Source: Bdellovibrionales bacterium (GTDB lineage Bacteria; Bdellovibrionota; Bdellovibrionia; Bdellovibrionales; UBA1609). Taken from it: a stretch of 64,000 nt of DNA. The position numbers were made by a program, and so were the translations under genes. The notes beneath the pieces were generated by a model. That model made no database searches and was not told where the DNA came from. It saw nothing but the letters and a program-made list of their open reading frames with translations. Shown here in pieces: positions 18,994-29,005 of the stretch (the stretch's first letter is position 1; the number at the start of each line of letters is the position of its first letter). The stretch is taken from positions 32,001-96,000 of the forward strand of contig CBDHDF010000007.1 of the NCBI GenBank assembly GCA_965261545.1. The letters are read 5' to 3'.

Positions 18994-20835
18994 TTACATA
19001 GGCGTCCTCACAAGGCGGAAACCGATATCGCGCCAGCGACCACCAGGCCGAGCGTAGTTACGATTGGAAGAGCGCAGGAGGCGAGCGATGTGCCCCAACT
19101 GCCACCACGTACAAATACGGTTAGAGCCACTTCTCGGACCTCTAGGGTCTGTGACAGACCCAAACCAAGATTCAGAATACTCCCTCTCATACCAATCTTC
19201 GACCCACTCCCACACATTTCCATGAACATCATAAAGCCCTAGGGGATTGGGGCTCAACAATGCTACGGACCTTGATTGTCGGCTTTGTTTGCCAGATCCA
19301 GAGTTCCCCCTATACCAACCATAGTTTTTAAGTTCTGAAGGATTGTCACCAAAGGAGTAGGCTGTTTTTGTGCCTGCTTTTGCACCACCCCTAGCTGCAA
19401 ATTCCCACTCCGCTTCCGTAGGCAAACGGTATTCATATTTGTCACCGTGGGACTCTCTCGCCCTGCGATTGTACTCATTTATAAATTCTTGGACGTCCTC
19501 CCAAGACACTCTCTCCACAGGATGATCGGCACACATTGAAACTCCATCTTGTTCCATATAACTTTCTGGGCAATACCCTTCTTTTTGAAATTTTGAAGGA
19601 TTTGTCCCCGTCACAACAAACCACTGCCATTGAGTCACCTCTGTGGTGCCTTTTTCAGTCTTAGGACTCCCCATGATGAAAGAACCTACAGACATGGGGA
19701 CAAAACCATATTGAGACAATGTTGGTCTCACATAGGCTCTCAAAACACTGTATTCAATACCTGTTTTGTCTTTTGAATAAAGACGTGTCTTCATCCGAGG
19801 GCTTCCTATCACTTCATCCACCAAGCTTTCAATAACTCCATTAAGAGCACTCACGGCATCAGCGAACTCCTGCTTGCTGTCAATTTTTGAGTCAAGTTCC
19901 TCAAGGTTTTTTCTTAAGGTAGCTAATTTTTTTATAAGAGATCCTGCATTTTCTTCTCGATAGTCCTCTATGAACTCTTCTATGCCTGAGACCTTTTCCT
20001 GCGCCTCATCTCTTTGTCGAACGAGGTCATGGAAACGGGGAGCTTCCATGCCCTCTTTATAGGCTTTGACCTGCCGAGCCTCTTTGGGACCTAGGGTAGG
20101 AAGCTCATTAACTCTTAGCACGGATTGAAGGCGACGCTTAAAGTCACTCACAGGGACTTTTCTTATAAATGCACCATGGGGCCGCTGGCAATCACTCACC
20201 TTATCTATAGCAGGACCCACTTCACACTCTTGGATCACAATCTTATCTTCTCCTTGTTGGCTTTTCTCTTTATAAAATAAAATCACATCACCATCGGGGC
20301 CTACAAGATTCACAGAAGAGGGCCTTCTTTTGTCACCCCTCTTATCACTATCACCTCTTTTCGTACCATGAGGACGAGATCCACGAGGTCCGCTGTGGGA
20401 ACCATGGCCGCCATGGGAACTATAACGACCTTGGAAGCCAGATCCATGGGGTAACTGGAGTCGGCCTCCTGATTTTAGGGTGATTCGCCTCATCTTTTCT
20501 TCATGCTTACGAACCACAGCCTTGTAGGAAGCGGCACGATCTTTTGATGTAGATGATGTAGATAAAAATGCAGATAGAGATGCAGAAGAGTCCCCTGATG
20601 GATTTGTATGATTCTGGTTCTGATTCTGATTCTGGTTCTGATTCAGACCTTTGTCTTGACTCTCTCGGCTCTTTTTGCCCTCTTTGTTCACTCGGCTCTC
20701 TTTGCTCAAAAAGGCACATGAAGGCAGAACCATCAACAGTGACAATAACCACAAAAGCAATAAAGGTCTCATGGACCTCATGGGTTTCATTCCTTTCATT
20801 TTTTGATCTCCTTTCATTTTTTGCTTTGGCGGCAC
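18994..20835 (-). CDS. Lipoprotein with C-terminal FGE-sulfatase (SUMF1/CLec fold) domain, partly degenerate
   Basis: Lipobox-like LPSC; FIMGSP, TEVTQ.QW, HPVERVSW, YRLPTEAEWEFAARGG, NPLGLYDVHGNVWEW, GFRLVR. Confidence 0.9.
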   Translation of the reverse strand: MPPKQKMKGDQKMKGMKPMRSMRPLLLLWLLSLLMVLPSCAFLSKESRVNKEGKKSRESQDKGLNQNQNQNQNQNHTNPSGDSSASLSAFLSTSSTSKDRAASYKAVVRKHEEKMRRITLKSGGRLQLPHGSGFQGRYSSHGGHGSHSGPRGSRPHGTKRGDSDKRGDKRRPSSVNLVGPDGDVILFYKEKSQQGEDKIVIQECEVGPAIDKVSDCQRPHGAFIRKVPVSDFKRRLQSVLRVNELPTLGPKEARQVKAYKEGMEAPRFHDLVRQRDEAQEKVSGIEEFIEDYREENAGSLIKKLATLRKNLEELDSKIDSKQEFADAVSALNGVIESLVDEVIGSPRMKTRLYSKDKTGIEYSVLRAYVRPTLSQYGFVPMSVGSFIMGSPKTEKGTTEVTQWQWFVVTGTNPSKFQKEGYCPESYMEQDGVSMCADHPVERVSWEDVQEFINEYNRRARESHGDKYEYRLPTEAEWEFAARGGAKAGTKTAYSFGDNPSELKNYGWYRGNSGSGKQSRQSRSVALLSPNPLGLYDVHGNVWEWVEDWYEREYSESWFGSVTDPRGPRSGSNRICTWWQLGHIARLLRSSNRNYARPGGRWRDIGFRLVRTPM

Positions 20836-21104
20836 TTTACTTAACTCTTGCCCTCTTTAGCCATTGACTTGAACCCATAAACTCACCCACTATCTGAACC
20901 AACCTTAGTCTCATTGACTCAAGCCTACCTACTTGACTTTACTTATGTCACTGAGTGATTGTCGACACAAAATAGTACAAACTTGAATTCCTAGACTTTG
21001 CGAGGACTCCTAGATAAAATTGAAACAGGTTACAGTAGCCAAAACCATTTTTCGGCGGAAATTGCTGTACCATTTTGTAATTTATGAGGAGAAATACATT
21101 GAAT

Positions 21105-21395
21105 ATGTCAAGCCAAAGACTAGATTATTTCCAATATGATGAGCCTCAGGCTCAAAAGCTCTGGATTGATGAGAAAGAGCAGACTATAAATATCATCCTT
21201 ACAGACGGAAGAACCATTTTGGTACCCTTAGCCTTTTACCCCTTTCTTCTTGAAGCTACTAAAGAAGCAAGGAACGACTACCGGCTCTTTGCTGAAAATA
21301 CAGGGATACATTTTAATACCCTTGACGAAGACATTTCCGTAGAGCATTTAGTTTTAGGTAGGAGGCAGCTTCCTAACTTCCCATCCAAAACTTAG
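21105..21395 (+). CDS. DUF2442 domain protein
   Basis: LTDGRTILVPLAFYPFLLEAT...R, GIHF..LDEDISVE.L; RBS GAGGAG before ATG 21105. Confidence 0.85.
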   Translation: MSSQRLDYFQYDEPQAQKLWIDEKEQTINIILTDGRTILVPLAFYPFLLEATKEARNDYRLFAENTGIHFNTLDEDISVEHLVLGRRQLPNFPSKT

Positions 21396-21427
21396 GAGGT
21401 ATTATGTCAAAGAATAAAATATTTGGA

Positions 21428-21496
21428 GTCGAGTAGGGAAGGAGGTTTCCCCCCTCCTCCCAGAACCCAACGTGCGCAACTCACGCATGGCTCCTC
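21428..21496 (-). mobile_element. Group II intron 3' remnant (domains V-VI)
   Basis: Minus strand GAGGAGCCATGCGTGAGTTGCGCACGTTGGGTTCTGGGAGGAGGGGGAAACCTCCTTCCCTACTCGAC: AGC triad, DV stem, DVI hairpin with bulged A and a terminal AC. Confidence 0.7.
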
Positions 21497-21666
21497 TTAT
21501 AGGTTCCCGGTTCCCCTGCCTCCAGTTTCTCGGCCTAGGAGCAAGGGCTATCGGCACCAAAGGCCAATAAACGAAGTGCAGGTCGGGCCAACTGCTGAGC
21601 TTTTTGCACAGCTTGCTCCAAAACCCCAAGTTCCATCAATAAGCACACGAATCCCCTGTGTGTTTT

Positions 21667-23148
21667 TTATCTTCCTTTAGCAAAAGCGATAATGCGTATT
21701 GTTTTGAGAATAATAGCAAGGTCTAAGAGTAATGAGTAATTTTTGATATAAAATAAATCATATTGTAGTTTTTCCCGCGCATCTTCAGTGGAGGACCCAT
21801 ATCTATAAAGTACTTGGGCCCAACCAGTGATACCAGGTTTGACTAGATGCCTTAGTTCGTAATAGGGAATTTCACTTTTAAATTTTCGAACAATTTTTGT
21901 GGATTCAGGTCTTGGCCCAATGAAGCTCATCTCTCCCTTGAGAACATTAATGACCTGTGGGAGTTCATCAATACGAGTGAGTCGTATGAACTTCCCAATG
22001 TTAGTGATTCTCTCATCGTTGAGATGGGTCCATGGAGATCCACTATCTTCGGCATTTATAACCATAGAACGGAATTTATAGATGATAAACTCTCTTCCGC
22101 CTTCACCGACCCTCCTTTGAGAGTAAATAGCAGGACCACGACTTGTGAAATAAATAAGAAGTGCTGTCAACAGCATGAGGGGGGCTGTGGTCATCAGCAA
22201 AAAGATAGACAAGATAATATCGAGAATTCTTTTGACCCTGAGTCCAATGGGGTTGTGCAGTAGTTCAAAGCCACTCACCATGGTGAACCAACCATCTTTC
22301 AAATAAAAGATGGGAACTTTTAGCCAAACTTTTTCATAGAATTCTGCAAGGTCAAAGACTTTGACCCCTCTTAGACGAGCTTGCATTAAGGGCTTGAGGG
22401 TGGAATCAGCAAGGACTGTATTTTCGCCAATAATGACTCCCGACCAGCGACGACTTAACCATTGGTGGCAATCTTCCCATTGCCCCAGTACGGGGAAGGA
22501 AGGTGATTCGCTAGGAGAGGCAGTGGAAGTAGCGAAGGTCGAGGCGGCGGAGGTGGAGTCTTGCGGCAGAAGGGCGTGAAGCTTTCCTTGGTAGTTGGTT
22601 TTTTTAAATTCAGACCAGAGTCTTTGAACAGTGTTTGCCTCTCCAAGGACGAGCCAGTGTAGCTTTTCCACTCGATCACGTGCCCAGTGAGCGAGGGCAA
22701 GCCTCCAACCCATGGCCCAAAGAGTGAATAGGCAAAGGCCACCCACCAGAACGATACGCCCTGTTTCACTGGCGAGTTTGTGCCCACCAAGGAGATAGGT
22801 GAGGGTGACAGTGCATAAGCCCGAAATGAGAGTGGCTGCAATGACTCGCCCATGGGCTCTTAAGCCTGAAATTTGTGACTCTAAACTATAGAGGTCAAAG
22901 ATGTGAAAGGTGATAAAAAGAGTGAGAAATAAAATCAAGTAGGGAATGGATAAAAAGTCTGTGCCACTAAAGTGGCCGAGACGCCATAGGGAGCTAAGGG
23001 CAAAACCACAACATAGGCCAATGACATCAATGGTAAAGACAAATGTGGTAAAGAGACGGCTTAAAAAAGGCGAACTGAGGCGGATGGCACCCTCTGTGGG
23101 TACTGGCAGAGTCATAGTGTCTAAAGAAGCGTGCCTCATGGCTTTCAT
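21667..23148 (-). CDS. Polyprenyl-phosphate sugar-1-phosphate transferase (WcaJ/WbaP-like)
   Basis: N-terminal TM helices, KRILDI, YKFRSM, RIDELPQ..NVLKGEMSFIGPRPE, KPGITGWAQV, YDLFYI. Confidence 0.93.
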   Translation of the reverse strand: MKAMRHASLDTMTLPVPTEGAIRLSSPFLSRLFTTFVFTIDVIGLCCGFALSSLWRLGHFSGTDFLSIPYLILFLTLFITFHIFDLYSLESQISGLRAHGRVIAATLISGLCTVTLTYLLGGHKLASETGRIVLVGGLCLFTLWAMGWRLALAHWARDRVEKLHWLVLGEANTVQRLWSEFKKTNYQGKLHALLPQDSTSAASTFATSTASPSESPSFPVLGQWEDCHQWLSRRWSGVIIGENTVLADSTLKPLMQARLRGVKVFDLAEFYEKVWLKVPIFYLKDGWFTMVSGFELLHNPIGLRVKRILDIILSIFLLMTTAPLMLLTALLIYFTSRGPAIYSQRRVGEGGREFIIYKFRSMVINAEDSGSPWTHLNDERITNIGKFIRLTRIDELPQVINVLKGEMSFIGPRPESTKIVRKFKSEIPYYELRHLVKPGITGWAQVLYRYGSSTEDAREKLQYDLFYIKNYSLLLDLAIILKTIRIIAFAKGR

Positions 23149-23203
23149 CTACCATTCAAAGTGGTACTTGAGACAACAAAAGCTGCTTAGCATCATCTTT
23201 ATT

Positions 23204-24502
23204 TCATAGAAATTTAAAGCCGAGAATTTTTTCGTGACGATAGATCACTCTTCCGAGCTTGTCCCCTTTGATGGGTGAAACATAGCGACACTCCGTGTAG
23301 AGAATCTGAAAGTGATCTCCTTGGCGTTTTTTTGATTTCTCTCCAAAAGTCATGTGGACCACCCAGCGTCCCACATCCATGAGAAGGTTGGGGGAGACCT
23401 CTTTTCCTCTGGCTCGCCGTATAATGGCGTGGCTGCTGGGTTCATCCACAAGGTGAACCCACAGGTCCCAGGGCTTTGACTGGCGCAGTAGTTTGATGTT
23501 TTCTTTGGCATTTTTTCCCACCCAAGCCTCAAGCCCCTCTTGGAGAATTCTTTTGCGAGCTCGAACCTTGAGGGAGCTTTGTTGACCCTTTTTGCGTTGG
23601 CTCCCTTCATGTTGGCTTTCTTTGCTCTGGTGACCTTGGTTGTGCGAGTGACCTTGTTTCTCCAGGCTTTGGAGCTTTTCCTCAAGCTCTCTTTTTCGAG
23701 CTTCAGTTCCCAGAATCTTTTGAGCTTTGGCTTTTTCCTTGGCAAAGCATTTTTCGATATTCCATGCAAGGCTTTTTTGGGAGTCAGTATAGAAACTCCA
23801 TTGATTTGGAACATTGAGGCTTTGGGTTTCCACGAGATGTTTTCCGATCAGGCCCCAGGGAAGTTGCCTTTTTTTTTCTAATTCCTGTGATACTTTTTGA
23901 AGAGCTTTTTCAATATGTGTGACTTTCTGTTTCCATAGATGTTCAGAAATTGAGGAAGAAGAGGCGCGTTGATCCTCATGGAGAGCTTGAAATTCAGAAC
24001 TTAGCTCTCCGAGGGAGCGGCAGGTTGTTGGTAAATAGGTGCTCTTTAGTTCTTCTAAATCTTTGATGGGCTTCATGCTCAGTGTTTTATTCTCGGTGCG
24101 AACAATGAGATTTTGTCCGTGGGGGAACAAGCGCATTTCTAGTTCACATCGACTGTATGTGGGTTCTATTGAATGTTCTCGCCCTTTTAATGCTAAATGG
24201 ATCACTCGTCCAAGCTTTTTGTCACAAGCGATTGAGTCTAGAGACTTTCCGAGGGCATGGGCCTTGAGGAAGAGATAAATGGGTTTATTTTGTGATTTTT
24301 TAGAGAGTCTTGGCTGGGGCATGGGAAGAAGCAAGGGAAGGAGGGGGTGGAGGCTTAAATGCCACCAAGATTTTTGGCCAAAAGCCCAAAAGCCAAACTC
24401 CAAATGCATGTGATGAAAGCGGATTTCCTGGAGTGGGCTCGACTTGAGGCGGCTTAGATCTTCGCAGATCAAGTTGAGTTCGCTGGTGTTGAGTGGTTTC
24501 AT
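23204..24502 (-). CDS. NFACT family (RqcH/FbpA-like, DUF814) protein
   Basis: C-terminal VGKNAKEN..L, DLWVH....PSSH.IIR, YTECRYV..IKG. Confidence 0.8.
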   Translation of the reverse strand: MKPLNTSELNLICEDLSRLKSSPLQEIRFHHMHLEFGFWAFGQKSWWHLSLHPLLPLLLPMPQPRLSKKSQNKPIYLFLKAHALGKSLDSIACDKKLGRVIHLALKGREHSIEPTYSRCELEMRLFPHGQNLIVRTENKTLSMKPIKDLEELKSTYLPTTCRSLGELSSEFQALHEDQRASSSSISEHLWKQKVTHIEKALQKVSQELEKKRQLPWGLIGKHLVETQSLNVPNQWSFYTDSQKSLAWNIEKCFAKEKAKAQKILGTEARKRELEEKLQSLEKQGHSHNQGHQSKESQHEGSQRKKGQQSSLKVRARKRILQEGLEAWVGKNAKENIKLLRQSKPWDLWVHLVDEPSSHAIIRRARGKEVSPNLLMDVGRWVVHMTFGEKSKKRQGDHFQILYTECRYVSPIKGDKLGRVIYRHEKILGFKFL

Positions 24503-24675
24503 ATCATCTTCCTACTATCTTCCTGGAGATAGGTGTGGTAATTTGGCATGGTAATTGTAGATATATAATAGGTGCTTGTTGAGAAATTCAAATGTTTTAT
24601 TTGAATCACAACCCATGTTTTTTAAAATCATAACTAAATCACAACGAGAAAGAGAAAGGTGTTATTGGGGACTTT

Positions 24676-25065
24676 ATGGTTGATAACAGTCTCTATGGAG
24701 AAAAGGCCATACAAGAATCGAATCTTGAGCGCTTTGAGAATCGCACTCAAATTCGAAGATATAGTATTCACTTTACTTGCCCCGAGTTTACTTGTCTATG
24801 CCCTCGAAGTGGCTTTCCTGACTTTGCAACCCTCTTTATCCACTATATTCCAGACAAGTGGTGTGTGGAACTCAAGTCCTTAAAGTTTTATATCAATCAG
24901 TTTCGCAATAAGCCGGTGTTTCATGAAGATGTCACCAATGAAATTCTTGATGATCTTATAAAGCTGCTTGATCCTTGGGAGGTTGAAGTCAAGGGGGACT
25001 TTCATGTGAGGGGAAATATTCATACAGTCGTGACAGCTGTTCATAGAAAGGAGTCCAATGGTTAA
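24676..25065 (+). CDS. queF: NADPH-dependent preQ0 reductase (short type I)
   Basis: PEFTCLCPRSGFPDFAT, VELKSLKFYI, FHEDVTN. Confidence 0.93.
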   Translation: MVDNSLYGEKAIQESNLERFENRTQIRRYSIHFTCPEFTCLCPRSGFPDFATLFIHYIPDKWCVELKSLKFYINQFRNKPVFHEDVTNEILDDLIKLLDPWEVEVKGDFHVRGNIHTVVTAVHRKESNG

Positions 25066-25882
25066 AAATGCCAGTGAATCAACACAGGGGAAGAATCTCC
25101 TTTTTCAAAAAGTGGGGATTTTTATAGATGCTGAAAATATTGAACTCTCAGGCTTAAAGCACCACGAAAGCCGCACGGATTATAAAAAGATTTTGGAGCA
25201 AGTGGGGGATCGGGAGATCACGCGTATTCTCTACTATAAACCTGAGTACAAGGAAATATCTGAAGATTTTGAGGCGTTTTGGAGCACGTTGGGCGGCGAA
25301 ATCAAGCGTCCTGCTAAAAATGCAGATACATTCCTTGTGATTGATGCGGTGACAATGGCTGAGAAGCTCGATGTGGCCATCATTTTAGGGGGAGATAAGG
25401 ACTTTCTGCCACTGATTTGGTATTTGCGTTCAAGGGGTTGCAAGGTTGAAATATGGTCCTGGCCTGAGACGACTTCACCCGAGGTGCAAGGTGCGGCGGA
25501 CTTATATTTTCCTATTACAAAAGAGTACCTTATGAAGGCATCTCAGAAGGTACGTAGGCATAGTGCACCTCCGAAAGTGGGGGCAGAAAAGGGTGGTTCG
25601 ACTTCCACCAAGAGCAGTTCGACTTCCATCAAAGATAATGGAAGAGAGAAGGGCGCTAGTGATAGAGGCATCAAGGACAGGGCTCCCTCTCGCAGAGGTT
25701 CAAGCTCCGGTGAGAACAGGCGTCACCAAAGTACTAAGAGTTCCCAAAGTTCTAATAGCTCTAGTAGTTCCCAGAGTCCTAATAGCTCTCAGAGTTCTAA
25801 TCGTTCTAGTAGCTCTCAAAGTTCGAGTAGTTCCAAGAATTTCAATGGCTCTCAGAATTCCAATGGTTCTCAGAAAAAATGA
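25058..25882 (+). CDS. NYN domain (LabA/DUF88) protein with a Ser-rich tail
   Basis: IFIDAENI, D..LVIDA, GGDKDFLPL...LRSRGCKVE; overlaps the queF stop. Confidence 0.88.
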   Translation: MVKNASESTQGKNLLFQKVGIFIDAENIELSGLKHHESRTDYKKILEQVGDREITRILYYKPEYKEISEDFEAFWSTLGGEIKRPAKNADTFLVIDAVTMAEKLDVAIILGGDKDFLPLIWYLRSRGCKVEIWSWPETTSPEVQGAADLYFPITKEYLMKASQKVRRHSAPPKVGAEKGGSTSTKSSSTSIKDNGREKGASDRGIKDRAPSRRGSSSGENRRHQSTKSSQSSNSSSSSQSPNSSQSSNRSSSSQSSSSSKNFNGSQNSNGSQKK

Positions 25883-25928
25883 GAGGGAGGGTCATCTAGC
25901 CTCCAAGCACAGTGGTCTGTGGTCTTCT

Positions 25929-27425
25929 TTATAGGGCTTGGGGGCTCTTGGAGGGATGTGACTTTTCAACTTCCCACGAAGTGCCTTCGGGGGAGTCCAT
26001 GACAGAAATTCCCCATTGAGAGAGCTGGTTTCTGATTTGATCTGATTGTGTGTAATTTTTGCTTTGTCGAGCCTCCCTGCGGAGTTTGACAAGGTGGTCG
26101 ACTTCAGAGCGTTGAAGTCCTTGTTGGGCAAGCAGTCTGTCGTCAAGTTGGCGTAGGTATCCCTCGGGTTCTTCTTGGAAAAGGGCGAGAATTTCTGCTT
26201 GCTTTCTCAGCCAGTGGTAAAAAACATTGGATATATTTTTTTGCATAGGAGTGACGGGACCGGGATAGCGGCATTTGGCATTGTAAATTCTGAGGACCTC
26301 AAGGAGTCTAGCCAGAGCTTCGGCTGTATTGAAGTCATCGTTGAGGGCCTTGGCAAAACCCTCGTTGGCCTTGTTAACCGCCCCTTGAAAGGATTCGTCT
26401 ATGGGAATAAGTTCTCCATCGGTGGCCAGCTGTTTTTTAGCAAGAGCCAGCGCTGAGTAAAATCTCGCAAGAGAAATAATGGTGCGTTTCACTTGATCTT
26501 CGCTGAAATTAATGGTGCTCCGGTAGTGAGCTATCAGCATCATGTATTTTAATATTTCTCCGTCATACTTTTCGAGAAAAGCTCGGCCTGTTCGAATATT
26601 TCCCAGGGATTTTGACATTTTCTGTTTGCCAAATTCAATCATATTGTTGTGCATCCAGTATTGAACATAGGGTTTGCCCGTGCGTCCTTCACTTTGAGCC
26701 AACTCGTTTTCGTGATGGGGAAAAACGAGGTCCAACCCTCCTCCGTGGATATCAATGGTTTCGCCTAGAAGCTGATAAATCATGGTGGAGCACTCAATAT
26801 GCCAGCCGGGGCGGCCTTGCCCCCAAGGAGAGGGCCAGCCGGCCCCCTTTCTCTCTCCCTCTGGCACTGATTTCCAAAGGGCGAAGTCTGAGGGGTGCTT
26901 TTTGCGTGTGTCCACTTCGATGCGAGAGCCTGATTCCATTGCCTCTAAGTTGTTTTTGCTAAGTTTTCCGTATTCGGGGAACTCTGTAATTGAATAATAG
27001 ACATCTCCGTTGACTTCGTAGGTTTTATTTTTTTTTATGAGATCTTTAATAAACTGGATGATATCACCCATATATTCAGTGACCCTTGGGTTTTTGGTGG
27101 GTGGTTTGAGTTTGAGGCTCTTGTAGTCTTTTTCAAACTCTTTGATATATTTTTCTGAAATTTCGGCGGCAGTGAGGTTTTCTTCTTGGGCTTTCTTGAT
27201 AATTTTGTCGTCAACATCAGTATAATTGTAGATATAGTTCACGTCAAAATTATTTTTCTCAAACCAATTTCTCACCACATTAAAAAAGATGGGGCCACGA
27301 AAGTTACCTATATGCAAAAAATCGTAGACAGTGGGACCGCAAACATACATTTTTACTTGTCCTTCGACTATGGGGTTAAAGTTTTCTTTTTGACCCGTTT
27401 GCGTATTGTGAATCTTTATGGGCAT
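25929..27425 (-). CDS. cysS: Cysteine--tRNA ligase
   Basis: MYVCGPTVYD, HIGN, GRPGWHIECS, FPHHENE, KMSKS. Confidence 0.98.
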   Translation of the reverse strand: MPIKIHNTQTGQKENFNPIVEGQVKMYVCGPTVYDFLHIGNFRGPIFFNVVRNWFEKNNFDVNYIYNYTDVDDKIIKKAQEENLTAAEISEKYIKEFEKDYKSLKLKPPTKNPRVTEYMGDIIQFIKDLIKKNKTYEVNGDVYYSITEFPEYGKLSKNNLEAMESGSRIEVDTRKKHPSDFALWKSVPEGERKGAGWPSPWGQGRPGWHIECSTMIYQLLGETIDIHGGGLDLVFPHHENELAQSEGRTGKPYVQYWMHNNMIEFGKQKMSKSLGNIRTGRAFLEKYDGEILKYMMLIAHYRSTINFSEDQVKRTIISLARFYSALALAKKQLATDGELIPIDESFQGAVNKANEGFAKALNDDFNTAEALARLLEVLRIYNAKCRYPGPVTPMQKNISNVFYHWLRKQAEILALFQEEPEGYLRQLDDRLLAQQGLQRSEVDHLVKLRREARQSKNYTQSDQIRNQLSQWGISVMDSPEGTSWEVEKSHPSKSPQAL

Positions 27426-27505
27426 TTATTTATCCTCCATCCCGTATTTATCCTCCATCTCGTATCAAGGTTTAAGGTTAAGATTTAAGGTTCAGGGTTC
27501 AGGGT

Positions 27506-29005
27506 TCAAGATTGAAGGTCTTGGCACTTTTGAAGGGCTTGTGTGGCACGGCTCAGAAGGGTGGGTTTATCGATAAGAGGTACGAGAACTTTGAGTTCAA
27601 CTCCTTGGGGGTGGCCAATAATTGCCGTACGAATGGGCATGAATAAGAACTTGCCCTTGACGTCACAATCTTTTTTGATCTGTTGTTGAACTTGTCCGAA
27701 CTGATCTTCTGTCATAAAATGATTGGGTGTTGCCTCCACAAGGTTTTTCCAAGCTTCTATGACCTTAGGGGTGGAATCCCAAGAGAGAACCTCTGCGCTT
27801 TCGCCACTCATTTTTAAGGGAGTTTGCGAAAGGTGCTGAAACAAGGGGATGGCGTCGGTGAGGGTTTCCATGGAGGTTTTGGTGGCTTCAAGGGCGGCTT
27901 GTTTCCATTGGGGGTCCTGGGAGAGTTGAAATTCCTCTTTTTCGAAGAGGGGATTTAAATGATGCCATAATTGCTCGTAGGGGAGGGCTCGCAGGTGAGA
28001 GGCGTTGAACCACCTTAGTTTTTTTTCATCAAAGACAGCGGCCGCGGTATGGAGGCGGTCTGTGTCGAAATCTTGGATCATTTCACGGAGGGTCATAATT
28101 TCTTGACCATGGGGAGAACTCCACCCCAGGAGGGCGAGGAAGTTTATCATGGCTTCAGGTAAAAAGCCTTCTCGTTGGTATTGTTGAATACTTGTGGCCC
28201 CATGACGCTTGCTCAATTTTTGCCTGTCACTTCCCAAGATAATCGAGAGGTGTCCAAAGGAGGGCTCATTCCAGCCCAGGGCTTCGTAGATCATCATTTG
28301 CCGAAGGGAATTGCTAAGGTGTTCTTCGGCGCGGAAGACATGGGAAATTTTCATGAGATGGTCGTCAATGGCGCAGCAGAAATTGTAGACAGACATTCCT
28401 GTGGAGCGAGTGAGTACGAAGTCACCCACCATATCCGAGGGAAAAGTCACATCGCCACGAACTAAGTCTTTGAGATGGTAGCTTTTCTTTTCTTCAGGTG
28501 TTTTAAAGCGAACAATGGCGGGGAGACCATCCTTTAGTTTTTTAGAGGCTTCCTCCTGGCTCAGGTTGCGGTAGGGGCTTCTTACTTGGTGGGGAATTCT
28601 TGCTTTTTTCGCAGCTTCCTGTTGGGCTTTGATTTCATCCTCTGTGAGGAAGCAATAGTAGGCCTTTCCCTCAGCGAGGAGCTGATTCACATATTTTTGA
28701 TAAATGTGTTGTCTTTGTCTTTGACGGTAGGGGCCATAGCTCCCACGGTCTTCTAGGGTTTTTGGATCAGGTCCTTCATCCCAGTGGAGCCCCAGCCAGT
28801 GGAGGTCGGCGAGTTGTGCCCTTAGGCTTTCTTCGGAGCTTCGCTCTTCGTCGGTATCCTCCACCCTAAGGACAAAAGTTCCCTGCCTTTTTTGGGCATA
28901 GAGGTAATCGTAGAGGGCTGTTCGTGCTCCCCCAACATGGAGGTGTCCCGTGGGACTTGGGGCAAATCGCACTCTTGTGGCTTGTTGTGGAGCTGTGTGA
29001 GACAT
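27506..29005 (-). CDS. gltX: Glutamate--tRNA ligase (start re-called at ATG 29005 after GGAGG)
   Basis: RVRFAPSPTGHLHVGG, KLSKR. Confidence 0.97.
   Translation of the reverse strand: MSHTAPQQATRVRFAPSPTGHLHVGGARTALYDYLYAQKRQGTFVLRVEDTDEERSSEESLRAQLADLHWLGLHWDEGPDPKTLEDRGSYGPYRQRQRQHIYQKYVNQLLAEGKAYYCFLTEDEIKAQQEAAKKARIPHQVRSPYRNLSQEEASKKLKDGLPAIVRFKTPEEKKSYHLKDLVRGDVTFPSDMVGDFVLTRSTGMSVYNFCCAIDDHLMKISHVFRAEEHLSNSLRQMMIYEALGWNEPSFGHLSIILGSDRQKLSKRHGATSIQQYQREGFLPEAMINFLALLGWSSPHGQEIMTLREMIQDFDTDRLHTAAAVFDEKKLRWFNASHLRALPYEQLWHHLNPLFEKEEFQLSQDPQWKQAALEATKTSMETLTDAIPLFQHLSQTPLKMSGESAEVLSWDSTPKVIEAWKNLVEATPNHFMTEDQFGQVQQQIKKDCDVKGKFLFMPIRTAIIGHPQGVELKVLVPLIDKPTLLSRATQALQKCQDLQS

Noticed and set aside
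21402..21680. Overlapping 75-aa and 85-aa ORFs
   Set aside because: Better explained as GC-rich group II intron-derived sequence
18800..21700. Complete DGR or retron locus
   Set aside because: No reverse transcriptase, Avd or second copy of the variable region found in the window
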